This document shows, piece after piece, positions 29,938-40,508 of a DNA stretch of 64,000 bases; positions within the stretch are counted from its first letter, which is position 1, and each line of letters begins with the position of its first letter. Origin of the DNA: an uncultured Christensenellales bacterium (GTDB lineage: Bacteria > Bacillota > Clostridia > Christensenellales > Aristaeellaceae); assembly GCA_965646445.1 (NCBI GenBank), contig CBFFZW010000005.1, forward strand, positions 1 through 64,000, given 5' to 3'. A model generated the notes under the pieces. The model was not told the origin of the DNA. It ran no database searches and saw only the letters and a program-made list of their open reading frames with translations. A program made the translations under genes and the position numbers.

Positions 29938-31553
29938 TCAACGGCTGGACAATACATCTTCGCTGCAAAACCCCTCCTGTGTCAAGCGCACGGCGCGGGT
30001 GCAATCCTTCCTCGGATATGGATCGTGCGAGATAATGATTAAAGTTTTGTCGTGCAAATGCTGAAGGATATAGTCCCATACGGCTTTTTTGCTGTCTGTA
30101 TCCACAAAGTTGAAAGGTTCGTCCAAAATGTAGATTTCAGCCTCATTGGACAGACTTCGCATGATTTGTAATTGTTTTTTCTGCCCGGAAGACAGATTGC
30201 TTCCGTTTTTGCGGATTGGCTGATCCTTGATGCGGGAAACAATCCCGTCTTCGATCACGGGATATCCCCAGAAATTATCGTCAACAGTGCCTTCAATGAG
30301 AAAGGGCTCCGAGGGAATCAATACGACTTTTTTTCTGATGGCTTCTGGTGAAAGCTGCGAATATGCGTGAGCGTTATAGAAGATCTCGCCTTGTGCGGGC
30401 CGATACATGGCGGAAAGCAAGTACGCCAGAGACGTTTTTCCAGAGCCGTTATTTCCAGCGATAAAGAGACGTTCTCCCGGCTGAATGTCCAAATGGAGAT
30501 GCTGAAAAATGGCATGATCCAAATATGCGAACCCTACATCGCGCAGCGTCAGACGCTCGAGCGGAGGAAGCGAGGCGCATTGGTTGATGGCGGACGGATC
30601 AGATGCGGCGTCGTGGAAGTCCTGCAGTCTCTGAATCGAAAGCTGCTTAACTTTGATGTCGCGGGATATGGACATGAATTCCATTAGGCTGCTGACAATT
30701 CGTATATAGTATGACGTAAAAATCTGGATTGTACCGATGGTTATCGCCCCGTTCAATACACAAAAAGCGCCGATCACGGTTATGGCAGCCCCCATGAGAT
30801 TGCTGCAATTGAATAGAACAGCGGAATCGTAAGCAATATTGACTTTCGCTGAACTTAATCTTGTATGGAACAATTGATCCAGAAATGCTGTGCTCTTTTT
30901 AGAAAAAAAGGTTCCGCATTCATGGCGCGTATACTCTCAGCGCCTGCAAAGCACTCATCCACAAGATCATTCAGTTTTTCTTCCTGCGCAATAAGCGCCG
31001 CCTGTCTTTGCCTGATGAGCGGGATCAACAGTCGATTTCCTGCAAAAACTGCAATTATACCAACAAGAAGGACACAGGTCAGGGGGATATTGATGAAAAA
31101 TAGATAGACCATCATTGCAACTGCCATTATGGCATTGCGGATCATATGAGGAATGGTTGTGGTGCCTATACGCTCAATGCTTTGCGTATCTTGATTTACC
31201 AAGCGAACGATCTGGCCAAATTTCTGGGCGCGTATCCGGGAAAAGTGCATTCGCAGCAGGTCACCAACTGTCCTTCTGTGCATTTCATTGCTGAGTGAGC
31301 CTTTGGCGTATTCTTCGATATAACTCATCAAGGTGTCAAGCAATGCGGTGATAACAAGTAAACCGACATAACAAATCGCTACAGACATTAACCCCGAAGG
31401 ATCGCCGGCAACGGCCAAATCAATGACCTCTTTCTCAAGCACAGGGGAAATCAGCGATTCACCGAGAAAATAGATCAGCAATAGGAAGTACGCCAGTGAG
31501 AGCCATTTATGCTTACTGACAAATTGGATCATTAAGTGCCAAGCGTCCTTCAT
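29938..31553 (-). pseudogene. fused ABC exporter (TMD + ATPase), frameshifted near 30845-30880; located on low-GC island
   Basis: N-terminal ~230 aa TM domain ORF (30855-31553) and C-terminal ABC ATPase ORF (29938-30873; Walker A GNNGSGKTS, signature LSSGQ, Walker B ILDEP); GC ~43% versus ~65% flanks. Confidence 0.7.
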
Positions 31554-31869
31554 AACTTTTCCTCCTTTTTGAGAGCGCCTTGAGGCGGGTACGGATGACT
31601 TTTCTTTTCCTTAATCAGTCAATCGGGTTGATGATTCCATGCTTATTCCTTGGGTCTTCGCTGCTCGCTTCATCAAGAATGCTTATCGTTCTCATCGTCT
31701 TATCCCTTTGTGACCAAACATGAGAATGCGGGGGAGAGTACTAATGCACAGGTTAATCATTAACTTTATCATATGCTTTTTTTTGACAAATGTCAATAGA
31801 GTTATTGGCGTGAAGGCAATCAACTTTATAGCGCTGCGCTAAGTCTTCTCACCTTTTTTCCGCCAAACC

Positions 31870-31906
31870 TTCACATTTCCCCCGCGATGTGCTATAATCA
31901 AAATAG
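31870..31906 (+). promoter_or_regulatory. promoter TTCACA-17-TGcTATAAT with 7-bp inverted repeat GTGCTAT/ATAGCAC spanning -10
   Basis: -35 31870-31875, extended -10 31890-31898, IR 31888-31906. Confidence 0.5.
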
Positions 31907-31947
31907 CACCCATTTTCAAGCGGTGCAAGAGATAAGGAGTGATTTTT

Positions 31948-33309
31948 GTGTCTGCCGACCCATGGGGTGGCCCGCTACTGCTTCAGCTGGTACTGATCCT
32001 CATCAACGGATGGTTTGCCGCCACGGAGGTGGCCGTCCTGTCCCTCAATGACGCGAAGCTCCACCACGACGCCGAGGAGGGCGACAAGGTGGCGGCGCAG
32101 CTGCTCAGGCTGTCCGAAACGCCCAACAAGTTCCTGTCCACCATTCAGGTGTGCATCACCCTGGCTGGCTTCCTGGGCAGCGCCTTCGCGGCGGATCGCT
32201 TCGCATCCAGGCTGGCTGGAGCGTTCATAGCCGCGGGAGCCGCCATTGATCCCGGCGTGCTCAACAGCATCTGCGTGGTGCTGATTACCCTGATTTTGTC
32301 CTACTTCACCCTGGTGCTGGGCGAATTGGTGCCCAAGCGCATCGCCATGCAGCAGCCCGAGCGGATGGCCCGGATGGCCTGCCGGGTGCTGATGGTCTGC
32401 TCCACGCTGTTCAAGCCGGTGGTGTGGCTGCTGTCGGTGTCCACCAACGGCATCCTGCGGATCATCGGCATCGACCCCCACGCCGAGACGGAGGAGGTCA
32501 CGGAGGAAGAAATCCGCATGATGGTGGACATGGGCGGCGAGACCGGGGCCATCGAGGAAACCGAGAAGGAAATGATCGAGAACATCTTCGAGTTCAACAA
32601 TCGCTCGGCGGAAGACGTGATGACCCACCGCACCAACGTGACCAGCCTGCAGGTGGACGCCGACAAGGAAACGGTGATCCAGGCCATCCGCGAAACGGGC
32701 CTGAGCCGCTTCCCGGTCTACGATAAGGACATGGATGACATCATCGGCACGCTGAACGCGCGTTCCTTCCTGCTCAACGAGCAGTCCGACGCGCCCAAGT
32801 CCATGCGGGAGCTGCTGCGGGACGCTTACTTTGTCCCCGAGACCGTTCAGGCGGACGCGCTGTTCCGGGATATGCAGCTGAAGAAAATCCACATGGCGAT
32901 TGTGGTGGACGAATACGGCGGCATGAGCGGCATAGTGACCATGGAGGATCTGCTGGAGGAGATTGTCGGCAACATTTACGATGAATATGACCCCCAGGCG
33001 GAGGCGGACATCACGCGGGTGGACGACGATACCTGGCGGATTTCCGGCGCGGCAGCGCTGGAGGACGTGGCGGAAGCCCTCGATATTGAGCTGCCGCTGG
33101 ACGAGGAATACGACACCCTGGGCGGTCTGGTGTTCAGTCAGTTCACGCTGATTCCCCAGGACGGCAGCACCCCCGAGGTGGATGTGGCCGGGCTCCATGT
33201 GCAGGTGGAACGCATCGTGGATCACCGGGTGGAGCTGGCGTTGGTCAGCAAGATTCCCCAGGCGGCGGATGCGCCGGCGGAAGGCGACGAAGAGCGCCAG
33301 GAGGAATAA
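31948..33309 (+). CDS. HlyC/CorC family transporter (DUF21-CBS pair-CorC_HlyC)
   Basis: N-terminal 4-TM DUF21, CBS pair, C-terminal transporter-associated domain; GTG start after AAGGAG. Confidence 0.85.
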   Translation: MSADPWGGPLLLQLVLILINGWFAATEVAVLSLNDAKLHHDAEEGDKVAAQLLRLSETPNKFLSTIQVCITLAGFLGSAFAADRFASRLAGAFIAAGAAIDPGVLNSICVVLITLILSYFTLVLGELVPKRIAMQQPERMARMACRVLMVCSTLFKPVVWLLSVSTNGILRIIGIDPHAETEEVTEEEIRMMVDMGGETGAIEETEKEMIENIFEFNNRSAEDVMTHRTNVTSLQVDADKETVIQAIRETGLSRFPVYDKDMDDIIGTLNARSFLLNEQSDAPKSMRELLRDAYFVPETVQADALFRDMQLKKIHMAIVVDEYGGMSGIVTMEDLLEEIVGNIYDEYDPQAEADITRVDDDTWRISGAAALEDVAEALDIELPLDEEYDTLGGLVFSQFTLIPQDGSTPEVDVAGLHVQVERIVDHRVELALVSKIPQAADAPAEGDEERQEE

Positions 33310-33314
33310 GCCAA

Positions 33315-33366
33315 CAAAAATCCCGGCAGGTACGGCTTCAAAACCGACTGCCGGGATCTTTTTATT
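33315..33366. terminator. bidirectional rho-independent terminator
   Basis: ATCCCGGCAG...CTGCCGGGAT stem flanked by A-run and T-run, plus second small hairpin AACCGACC/GGTCGGTT. Confidence 0.7.
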
Positions 33367-33402
33367 TTCAAGAACCGACCAAGGTCGGTTTTGGAAAATG
33401 CC

Positions 33403-34269
33403 TCAGTCCGCGTACTGCACGATGGCGCCCAGCAGGCCAGGGCCTGTGTGGATGGCCAAAGCGGGGCTCACGGGGCTGATGAAGGAGGACACCACGTCCA
33501 GCCTTTCCAGGAAGCGATCCCGCAGCTTGACGGCCTCCTCATAGGCAGCGCCGTGAACGATGGCGATGCGAACCTTCCGTCCCTCATAGCGCCGGATGAA
33601 TTCCTCCGTCATGGCGTTCAGGGCGTTGGTGAAGCCGCGGGCCTTCACCAGGGTGTTGTAAACGCCGTCGCTGTTGACATAAATCACGGGTTTGATCTGC
33701 AGAAGGGAGCCCACTACGCCCTCCACCAGACCGATGCGCCCGCCCTTGCGCAGGAATTCCAGCGTGCGGATGACGAACGCGCCCAGCTGCGTCTTCCGCA
33801 GACGCTCCACCCGGGCGATCACGTCGTCCACCGGGCTGCCGCCTTCGAGGGCCTCGGCGGCTTCCAGCACCAGAAGCCCCAGCCCGCAGGAAAGGGTTTT
33901 GGTATCCACCACGTCAATCCGCATAGGCGCGCAGTCCTCCGCCATCAGCCGAACCATGTTGTAGGTGCCGGACAGGCTGGCGCTGAGGGTCAGGTGCAGG
34001 ATGCGGGTGCAGCCCTCGGCCTGCAAGCCGCGGTACAGGGCGGTGACGTCCTCCGGCAGCGGCAGAGAGGTCTTGGGCAGTTCTTTTTTCAGCAGCTCGT
34101 AGAGCTCCTCCTGGCCGATTTCAAGCCGATCCCGGAACTCCCCCTGGCTGGTGGCCACGCGCAGGGAGACCGTGCGGATGTCGTATTGCTGCAGCTGTTC
34201 CTCGCTCAGGTCGCAGGAGGTATCCGTCACCAGCGCCACCCGGTCTTCGCCAATGTGGAACATCGTCAT
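33403..34269 (-). CDS. DegV family fatty-acid-binding protein
   Basis: 288 aa, DegV-family conservation throughout. Confidence 0.85.
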   Translation of the reverse strand: MTMFHIGEDRVALVTDTSCDLSEEQLQQYDIRTVSLRVATSQGEFRDRLEIGQEELYELLKKELPKTSLPLPEDVTALYRGLQAEGCTRILHLTLSASLSGTYNMVRLMAEDCAPMRIDVVDTKTLSCGLGLLVLEAAEALEGGSPVDDVIARVERLRKTQLGAFVIRTLEFLRKGGRIGLVEGVVGSLLQIKPVIYVNSDGVYNTLVKARGFTNALNAMTEEFIRRYEGRKVRIAIVHGAAYEEAVKLRDRFLERLDVVSSFISPVSPALAIHTGPGLLGAIVQYAD

Positions 34270-34516
34270 CTTTCCTTTCCCAGGGGTGCGGACACCCGTC
34301 TTTCATCTATTATATCACGGGGGCAGGGCAAGTCAAGCGCGGCAGGCGGAGAGCACGGGAAAATTTGCGCTTTTTCTACCAGAATGGATGTTTTGAATGT
34401 AAATCTTGCCGGGAAGCGTTGACAAGCGGGGACGGTTGATTTACCATATACATGATATGAGCAAAAGTGGCAGAGCGCGGGTTTTTGAGCCCGATGAATG
34501 CGGAGGATCGACGCTT

Positions 34517-37500
34517 ATGAGCAAGCTGATAAAAACCTTCCTGGCCTGGGTGCTGCTGACGGCGCTGGCGCTGGTTCCGGCTTCCGGGGCCGTGGCGGAG
34601 GCAACCACGCTGTCCATCACCCTGGCGGGGCTGACGGCGATTCCCGGAGGCGCGTGGCAGTCCGTGGCACTGATGGGCAGCTTTGTCGTCCAGCAGGACG
34701 GGAAGGAGATCGGCACCCTGGAGGCGGGCGGCGGCGCGTCGCTGCCCCTTGCCGGCAGCGGCAACGTGACGCTTGTGCCCGTGGCGGACAGTATGCCCCA
34801 GGGCTATCTGATTCAAACGGGCGGATACAGCGTTTCCATCACCGAGGGCCGGGCCAACAACGCGCCTGTGATGCTCTATGCCGACGCGGGCCTTTTCACC
34901 CTGCAGACAGCGGGCATTTGCGAGTTTATCATGACCACGCCCGAGGGTGAGGAAGTCGCCTTTGCCACGGATGAAACGGGGGCCTACGCCTCCGAAGCGG
35001 TGCCCAGCGGCGTGTACCTGATCCATCAGGTGAGCGGGCCGGAAGGCGCGGAGCTCTGGCCGGATTTCCTGCTGACCATCGCGGCCTATCGCGGCCAGCC
35101 GGAGCAGATCGTGGCGGTGGACGAGGCTTACGCCATCCTGGCGGCGGCGCCCACGGCTTCGCCCGCCCCCACCGAGGCGCCCACGGCTGAACCTACCATC
35201 GCGCCGACGCCCGAGGTCACAGAGGCCCCGGCGGCAACCGCGACATCCACGCCGTCAGCCACACCCGCGGATACCGCGACTTTGGCTCCTGCGCGCGGCA
35301 GCGTGGCGCTGAAGGCCAACGGCGCGGTGCCCTACGCCGTCTCCCAGGACGGCGTGACGCTGGCGGAGGGCGTGACGCCTGCGGACGGAAGCTCGGCCGT
35401 GGTGGAATTGGAACCCGGCGATTATGTGATGACGGCGGAAATTCCGGCAGGCTGGGCGCTTCTGAGCCTCAATGACAGCACCGTGGCAATGAAGGGTCAG
35501 GTGATGTGGGTGGCCAGCGTGGCCCAGGATAACACAAGCAGCTTCGCGCTCACCCTGGCGCGGCTGGGCGGCCTGACAGGGGAAATGCCGCATATTACCG
35601 GCGCGTCGCTGACGGCGGAGGGACCCTCCGGCACGGTGACGGTTCCGGCGGACGGCGCGTATCGCCTGGAAGAGCTGCTCCCCGGCAGCTACCGCGTGAC
35701 GGTCAGCCTGCCCCAGGGACGCTATACCGGCGAGGGCTGGGCGTTCACGGAGGACGGCGAGGGCGTGACCGCAGCCCTGGAGGCCCTGGTGGAGGAAGGG
35801 GAGATGTCGGCGCTGCCCGCCATCAGCCCTGAGCTTATGGCCAGCGTCAGCGGCGAGGCCGTGGACGGCGAGGGCCATGCCCTGGCAGGGGCGGTCGTGT
35901 CCCTGACGGATGCGGGCGGGCAGGAGCGGCAGTTCACCGTGGGCGAGGACGGCCAGTGGCGCTTCGCGGAGCTTCCGGCGGGCCGGTATACGCTTCGCCT
36001 GCGGACGACAACGGGCATGGCAGCCCCCGACCAGAGCATCGAGCTGAGCGCCGGACAGGAGGCGTCGGGGATCCGCGTGACGGCGGCCCAGCCCGGCAGC
36101 ATCTGCGTTAACGCCTTCCTGGACAGCAACAGCAATGGCCGTCAGGGCGAATACGAGCGTCCTGTGGCGAATATCACGGTCAGCGCCATCCCTGCGGGGA
36201 GCGCCGACGGCCAGGCGGTGGCCAGCGCCGTCACGGGGAAAAACGGTCAGGCGGTGCTGGAAGGCCTGGCCCCCGGCCAGTATATCCTGCGGGTGCAGCT
36301 GCCCATGGGCTACGGATACGGGCCCTTCAGTGAGGCGGGGCGCCTGAACGCCAGCATGCTGCGGGAGAGCGCGGAGTCCGTTCAGGACAGCGACCCCGTC
36401 ACGGTTGCCTCCGGCATGGAGACGCAGGCCGGTGTGGGCGTCGCCAGCATGGCCACGGTGAGCGGCTATGTCTGGCTGGATGTCAACGGCGACGGTGTGC
36501 GGCAGAATGACGAGCCCGGTCAGGCCGGTGTGGTCATCGACCTGGTGGTGCGCGGCGGCGACACCCGCTATTCCCTGGTGACGGGGGAGGACGGCCATTA
36601 CGTCTTCGGCGCGGTGGAAGGCGGAGAATACAACATCCGCGCCACAGCCCCGGAGGGCCTGGCCTTCACCCAGTATACCAAGCAGGGCGGAAACAAGCGC
36701 TCCATCCTCACCACCGAGGGCAGCCGCAAGGGCACCAAGCTGGTGAACATCAAGGCCGGCACCGTGCTGGACGAGCAGAACATCGGTTTGGTGCGGGAGT
36801 CCGCGCTGGAGGTGCGGTGCTTCCTGGATGCCAACTACAACGGTTATTACGACGAGGGCGAGCTGCCCCTGCCTGGGGTGCGGGGCGAATTGTCCAAGCA
36901 GAACGGCACCCTGGTGGCCACCCGGGAATCCGACGAAAACGGCCTGATGCTGTTCGACGGTCTGCGCGCCAACATCTATTCCCTGCGGGCCGTGCTGCCC
37001 GAGGGCGCGGCCTTCACCATGGTTGCCGATGGCCCGGAGGGCAACCGCTTCAAGCCGCGGGACGGCCGCAGAGAAAACACCGTGGAGCCAATTGAGCTGG
37101 GCACCGCGGAGAGGAAATCCATGGTGGTGGGCGGCCTTCTGCCCGGCACCATCAGCGGCGTGTGCTATCTGGACGATAATTTCTCCGCCACCCGGGACGC
37201 CGGTGAGGACGTGGTTTCCGGCCTCACGGTGATTCTGCGGGACAGTGACGGCAACGAGATTGCTCGCTGCCGCACCAACGCCAAGGGCGCGTACAGCTTC
37301 ACGGGCGTCGCCCCCGGCAGCTATGTCATCGCGCTGAACGCCAAGCGCGGCTATGCCTTCACCAAGCTGGGCGAGGGCAACGTGGTCATCAATACGGGCG
37401 ACGGCGCGGGCGAGACGGCGGTCTTCGAGCTGCCCCTGGGTGAAAGCCGGGAAAACATGGACATTGGCATGATCCTCCCCGGCGTGGTACAGGGCCGCGT

Positions 37501-39238
37501 CTTTGCCGACCGCAACGATAACGGCCTGATGGACGAGGGCGAGGGCGGACTGGTCGGCACGGTGGTGCGCCTGATGGACGAGAGCGGCGAGTGGTTTGCC
37601 GCCGAGATTGGTGAGGACGGGCTGTTCCGCTTTGACGCGGTGATGCCCGGCCGGTACTACCTGCGCTACGAGCTGCCCCAGCGGGGCGTCTTCGCGACGA
37701 AAACCGACGGTGGCAATACCATCGCGGGGGAGGATGGCGCCGCCGCCAGCCCCTGGTTCGACTTCACCGTGGGCGGCGAGGTGGAAGCCCCCCTGTGCGG
37801 CGGTCTGACGCTGGGCAGCGTGGCGGGCCGTGCCTTTGAGGATCACAATGGTTCCGGCGCGATGGATGAGGGCGAGGGCCTCCTGGCGGGGCTTACGCTG
37901 ACCCTGACGCCCAGCCGGGCGGATTTGTCTCCCGTGACCGTTACCACCGGGGCGGACGGCGCCTTCAGCGTGACGGGGCTTCGGCCGGATACCTATACGC
38001 TGCGGATGACCTGTCCTGACGGTCGGGTGCTGTCCCGCACGGCGGGCGTGACCCTGCCTGTGCAGGCGGGTGAAAATGACCAGCGCGTCTCCCTGGCCAT
38101 CAGCATGGGGGATGTTTACGAGGATCAGCAGATTGGCTGCGTCAAGCCCGCCAGCCTGACGGGCATCCTCTGGCTGGATGAAAACAATGACGGCCGCCGC
38201 GGCGCGGAGGAGCGGACGCCTGCGGGCCTGCGGGTCACGGTGATCGACCAGGCCACAGGGGACGTTTTTGCCCATCTCACCACCGACGACCGGGGTGTGT
38301 TCGCCACCGAAGGGCTGATCCCCGGCAGCTACACCCTGCGCTATGAGCTGGACGCGCAGACCATCCCGGCTCTGGCGGGAGACAGCACCTTCCGGCAGGA
38401 TGAGGACGCCCTAGTCATGCGGGATGTGCGGGCGGAGGAAGGCGGCGTCTGCCAGGGCCTGATGCTGGGCATTGTGCGCTATACCAGCCTGGGCGGCACG
38501 GTGTGGGTCGATCTGGGCGGCGCGGTGGAGCCTCTTTCCGGGGCGGTCATGACGCTGCTGGACGCCTCCGGCCAGACGCTGCAAAGCGCGCAGACGGATG
38601 AAAACGGCGGCTATCGCTTCGATGCACTGCTGCCCGGAGCGTACAGCATCGCCGTCCTCCTGCCGGAAGGCCAGGTGGTGGTGGAGCCGGACGACGCTCG
38701 CCTGGAAAAGCGCGGCAGCATCATGACCTGGTGCGCGGGCCGCAGCGGCTCCAGCGACACCATCGAGGTCAGGATGGGCGAGGATCAGCTGGCGCTGGAC
38801 GTGGGCAGCGTGCTGCCCGGACGGTTGGGCGATCTGGCCTGGCTGGACGAAAACGGCAACGGCCTCCAGGAAACGGAGGAAGGCGGCATCCCCGGGGTTC
38901 AGCTGGAGCTCCTGCGGGACGGCCAGGTGGTGGCGACCACGGTGACGGATCAATACGGCTTCTACCTGTTTGATGAGTTGTACCCCGCGACCTACGCGGT
39001 GCGGGCCACGGCGCCTGAGGCAGTCAAGCCCACCCGTCAGCGCGACAATGTTCCGGGCATTGTCTCGGTGCTGCCGGAATCGGAAGACGTAACCGTGACT
39101 TCCGATCCCGTCACCGTCACCAGCGACCGCAGCAACTACACCGCCGACCTGGGCTATGTCCTGCGCAAGCCGGGGGTTTATCCCGAGGGCTATGGCCAGG
39201 GTGAAGCCCAGGACTGGACGAAGATTCTGGTCAAATAG
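34517..39238 (+). CDS. giant secreted protein composed of >=9 SdrD-B/Cna-B/carboxypeptidase-regulatory-like Ig-fold repeats; no LPXTG
   Basis: Signal peptide MSKLIKTFLAWVLLTALALVPASGAVA; repeated motif GxVxLDxNxNGxxDxGExGxxGVxVxL...TDxxGxYxFxxLxPGxYxL. Confidence 0.7.
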   Translation: MSKLIKTFLAWVLLTALALVPASGAVAEATTLSITLAGLTAIPGGAWQSVALMGSFVVQQDGKEIGTLEAGGGASLPLAGSGNVTLVPVADSMPQGYLIQTGGYSVSITEGRANNAPVMLYADAGLFTLQTAGICEFIMTTPEGEEVAFATDETGAYASEAVPSGVYLIHQVSGPEGAELWPDFLLTIAAYRGQPEQIVAVDEAYAILAAAPTASPAPTEAPTAEPTIAPTPEVTEAPAATATSTPSATPADTATLAPARGSVALKANGAVPYAVSQDGVTLAEGVTPADGSSAVVELEPGDYVMTAEIPAGWALLSLNDSTVAMKGQVMWVASVAQDNTSSFALTLARLGGLTGEMPHITGASLTAEGPSGTVTVPADGAYRLEELLPGSYRVTVSLPQGRYTGEGWAFTEDGEGVTAALEALVEEGEMSALPAISPELMASVSGEAVDGEGHALAGAVVSLTDAGGQERQFTVGEDGQWRFAELPAGRYTLRLRTTTGMAAPDQSIELSAGQEASGIRVTAAQPGSICVNAFLDSNSNGRQGEYERPVANITVSAIPAGSADGQAVASAVTGKNGQAVLEGLAPGQYILRVQLPMGYGYGPFSEAGRLNASMLRESAESVQDSDPVTVASGMETQAGVGVASMATVSGYVWLDVNGDGVRQNDEPGQAGVVIDLVVRGGDTRYSLVTGEDGHYVFGAVEGGEYNIRATAPEGLAFTQYTKQGGNKRSILTTEGSRKGTKLVNIKAGTVLDEQNIGLVRESALEVRCFLDANYNGYYDEGELPLPGVRGELSKQNGTLVATRESDENGLMLFDGLRANIYSLRAVLPEGAAFTMVADGPEGNRFKPRDGRRENTVEPIELGTAERKSMVVGGLLPGTISGVCYLDDNFSATRDAGEDVVSGLTVILRDSDGNEIARCRTNAKGAYSFTGVAPGSYVIALNAKRGYAFTKLGEGNVVINTGDGAGETAVFELPLGESRENMDIGMILPGVVQGRVFADRNDNGLMDEGEGGLVGTVVRLMDESGEWFAAEIGEDGLFRFDAVMPGRYYLRYELPQRGVFATKTDGGNTIAGEDGAAASPWFDFTVGGEVEAPLCGGLTLGSVAGRAFEDHNGSGAMDEGEGLLAGLTLTLTPSRADLSPVTVTTGADGAFSVTGLRPDTYTLRMTCPDGRVLSRTAGVTLPVQAGENDQRVSLAISMGDVYEDQQIGCVKPASLTGILWLDENNDGRRGAEERTPAGLRVTVIDQATGDVFAHLTTDDRGVFATEGLIPGSYTLRYELDAQTIPALAGDSTFRQDEDALVMRDVRAEEGGVCQGLMLGIVRYTSLGGTVWVDLGGAVEPLSGAVMTLLDASGQTLQSAQTDENGGYRFDALLPGAYSIAVLLPEGQVVVEPDDARLEKRGSIMTWCAGRSGSSDTIEVRMGEDQLALDVGSVLPGRLGDLAWLDENGNGLQETEEGGIPGVQLELLRDGQVVATTVTDQYGFYLFDELYPATYAVRATAPEAVKPTRQRDNVPGIVSVLPESEDVTVTSDPVTVTSDRSNYTADLGYVLRKPGVYPEGYGQGEAQDWTKILVK

Positions 39239-39267
39239 CGAAAGCGGTGCCCACAAAAGGCACATAA

Positions 39268-39318
39268 GAAAATCCCCATTCATCCGTTCCATTGGGATGA
39301 ATGGGGATTTTGCTGTTC
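39268..39318. terminator. bidirectional rho-independent terminator
   Basis: AATCCCCATTCATC...GATGAATGGGGATT 14-bp stem with flanking A/T runs. Confidence 0.75.
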
Positions 39319-39321
39319 CCG

Positions 39322-39792
39322 TCAGCCGATGCGCTTGCGATGCTGCCAGTGGATGCCGATATGCCCGATGCCCAGGATCACGGCCGCCATCAGCATGGGC
39401 GCCACCCTCCCGTATATTCCCAGCAGGAAGAAAGCCACAACCGGCAGGGTTGCTCCGGCGAGAGGTATGCCGAAGAAGCTGCTGTAAAAGTCCGATAAGG
39501 TGCGGCGGCTTCGGAAGTACCGGATCCACCACCATTCGTACAGCGCCATCAGCGTGAAGGCGGCGACAAGCCACCACGACCAAGGACTCCAGGGGCGGAG
39601 GTTGAAGTCGGCAAAGATCAGCGCGCAGACGCAGGTCAGCGCCTCGCCTGTGCGCTCAAACAGCCTCAAAATCTTGCTTTCGGCAGCCGGAGAATACCCC
39701 TCCGGCATATTTTTTGTCCATAAGAGGTTGGGAATCAGCAGCATCAGCAGAAAAAGGAGCCCCACATAGGAAAACCCAAGGGTTCCGACCAT
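39322..39792 (-). CDS. small polytopic membrane protein (hypothetical)
   Basis: 156 aa, 4 predicted TM helices, Trp-rich; start MVGTLGF chosen within longer GC-driven ORF. Confidence 0.4.
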   Translation of the reverse strand: MVGTLGFSYVGLLFLLMLLIPNLLWTKNMPEGYSPAAESKILRLFERTGEALTCVCALIFADFNLRPWSPWSWWLVAAFTLMALYEWWWIRYFRSRRTLSDFYSSFFGIPLAGATLPVVAFFLLGIYGRVAPMLMAAVILGIGHIGIHWQHRKRIG

Positions 39793-39823
39793 CGCTTTCC
39801 CCCCCTGTCTCAGCGGCCGGACT

Positions 39824-40330
39824 TTACGCTTCCACACGGACGTACCGGCGCTCGTACAGCGTTTCCCCGCCGATCTGGTCTTCCGCCCGGTCGGTGGTGG
39901 GCTTGAAGCCCTGATGGCGGTAGAAGGCGTCGGCGGCGCGGTTGTTTTCAAAGCACCACAGATAAAAGCGGGTGAAGCCGTCCGCCCGCATCTGGCGCAG
40001 AACCTCCTCCAGCAGCGCGCTGCCGAGGCCCTGGCGGGTGCATTCCGGCAGCAGGTACAGGGAAACCACCTCGCCCCAGTCGGTATAGCGGTCGTCCCGG
40101 CCCCGGCCATAGATCGCGCAGCCCACGGGATGGCCGTCCCGCCACAGCAGCAGGCCGGAAAAGCGGCCGCTGTCCAGCCAGGTGCGAACGGAAGGAACCC
40201 AATAATCATCCGGCAGCCGTTCCAGATAATCGGCGGGAATGACGCCGCGATAGGCCCTGCGCCAGCTGGTGGCGTACAGATGGCTGATTAATCCGGCGTC
40301 CGTGCCCGCGGCGTCGCGAAATTCCATCAT
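39824..40330 (-). CDS. GNAT family N-acetyltransferase
   Basis: Acetyl-CoA binding motif region (QGLGSALLEEVLRQMRADGF). Confidence 0.7.
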   Translation of the reverse strand: MMEFRDAAGTDAGLISHLYATSWRRAYRGVIPADYLERLPDDYWVPSVRTWLDSGRFSGLLLWRDGHPVGCAIYGRGRDDRYTDWGEVVSLYLLPECTRQGLGSALLEEVLRQMRADGFTRFYLWCFENNRAADAFYRHQGFKPTTDRAEDQIGGETLYERRYVRVEA

Positions 40331-40508
40331 CCTACTCACCTCACCATGATTATGACGCGGCGGGGAGGCGCTGTCAAGCGAACATCGGCGCGCGGAATTG
40401 TAAAATTCGACAGGGATTGGCCGAAATGGCGACATAGTTGCCAAATACACACCATTTATAGGACAAACGCGCGGTGTTACAATACGTTTGTGTTAGGAGA
40501 GTGACGTT

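Noticed and set aside
34270-34516. Possible riboswitch or leader upstream of giant protein gene
   Set aside because: No conserved riboswitch-like structure; reads as an ordinary divergent promoter region
35255-38275. 1006-aa minus-strand ORF
   Set aside because: Antisense shadow of the giant repeat protein gene
39793-40209. N-terminal 139 codons of the 39322-40209 ORF
   Set aside because: Pro/Ala/Cys/Trp-rich shadow of the GNAT gene in another frame; only the C-terminal TM-rich 156 aa looks protein-like
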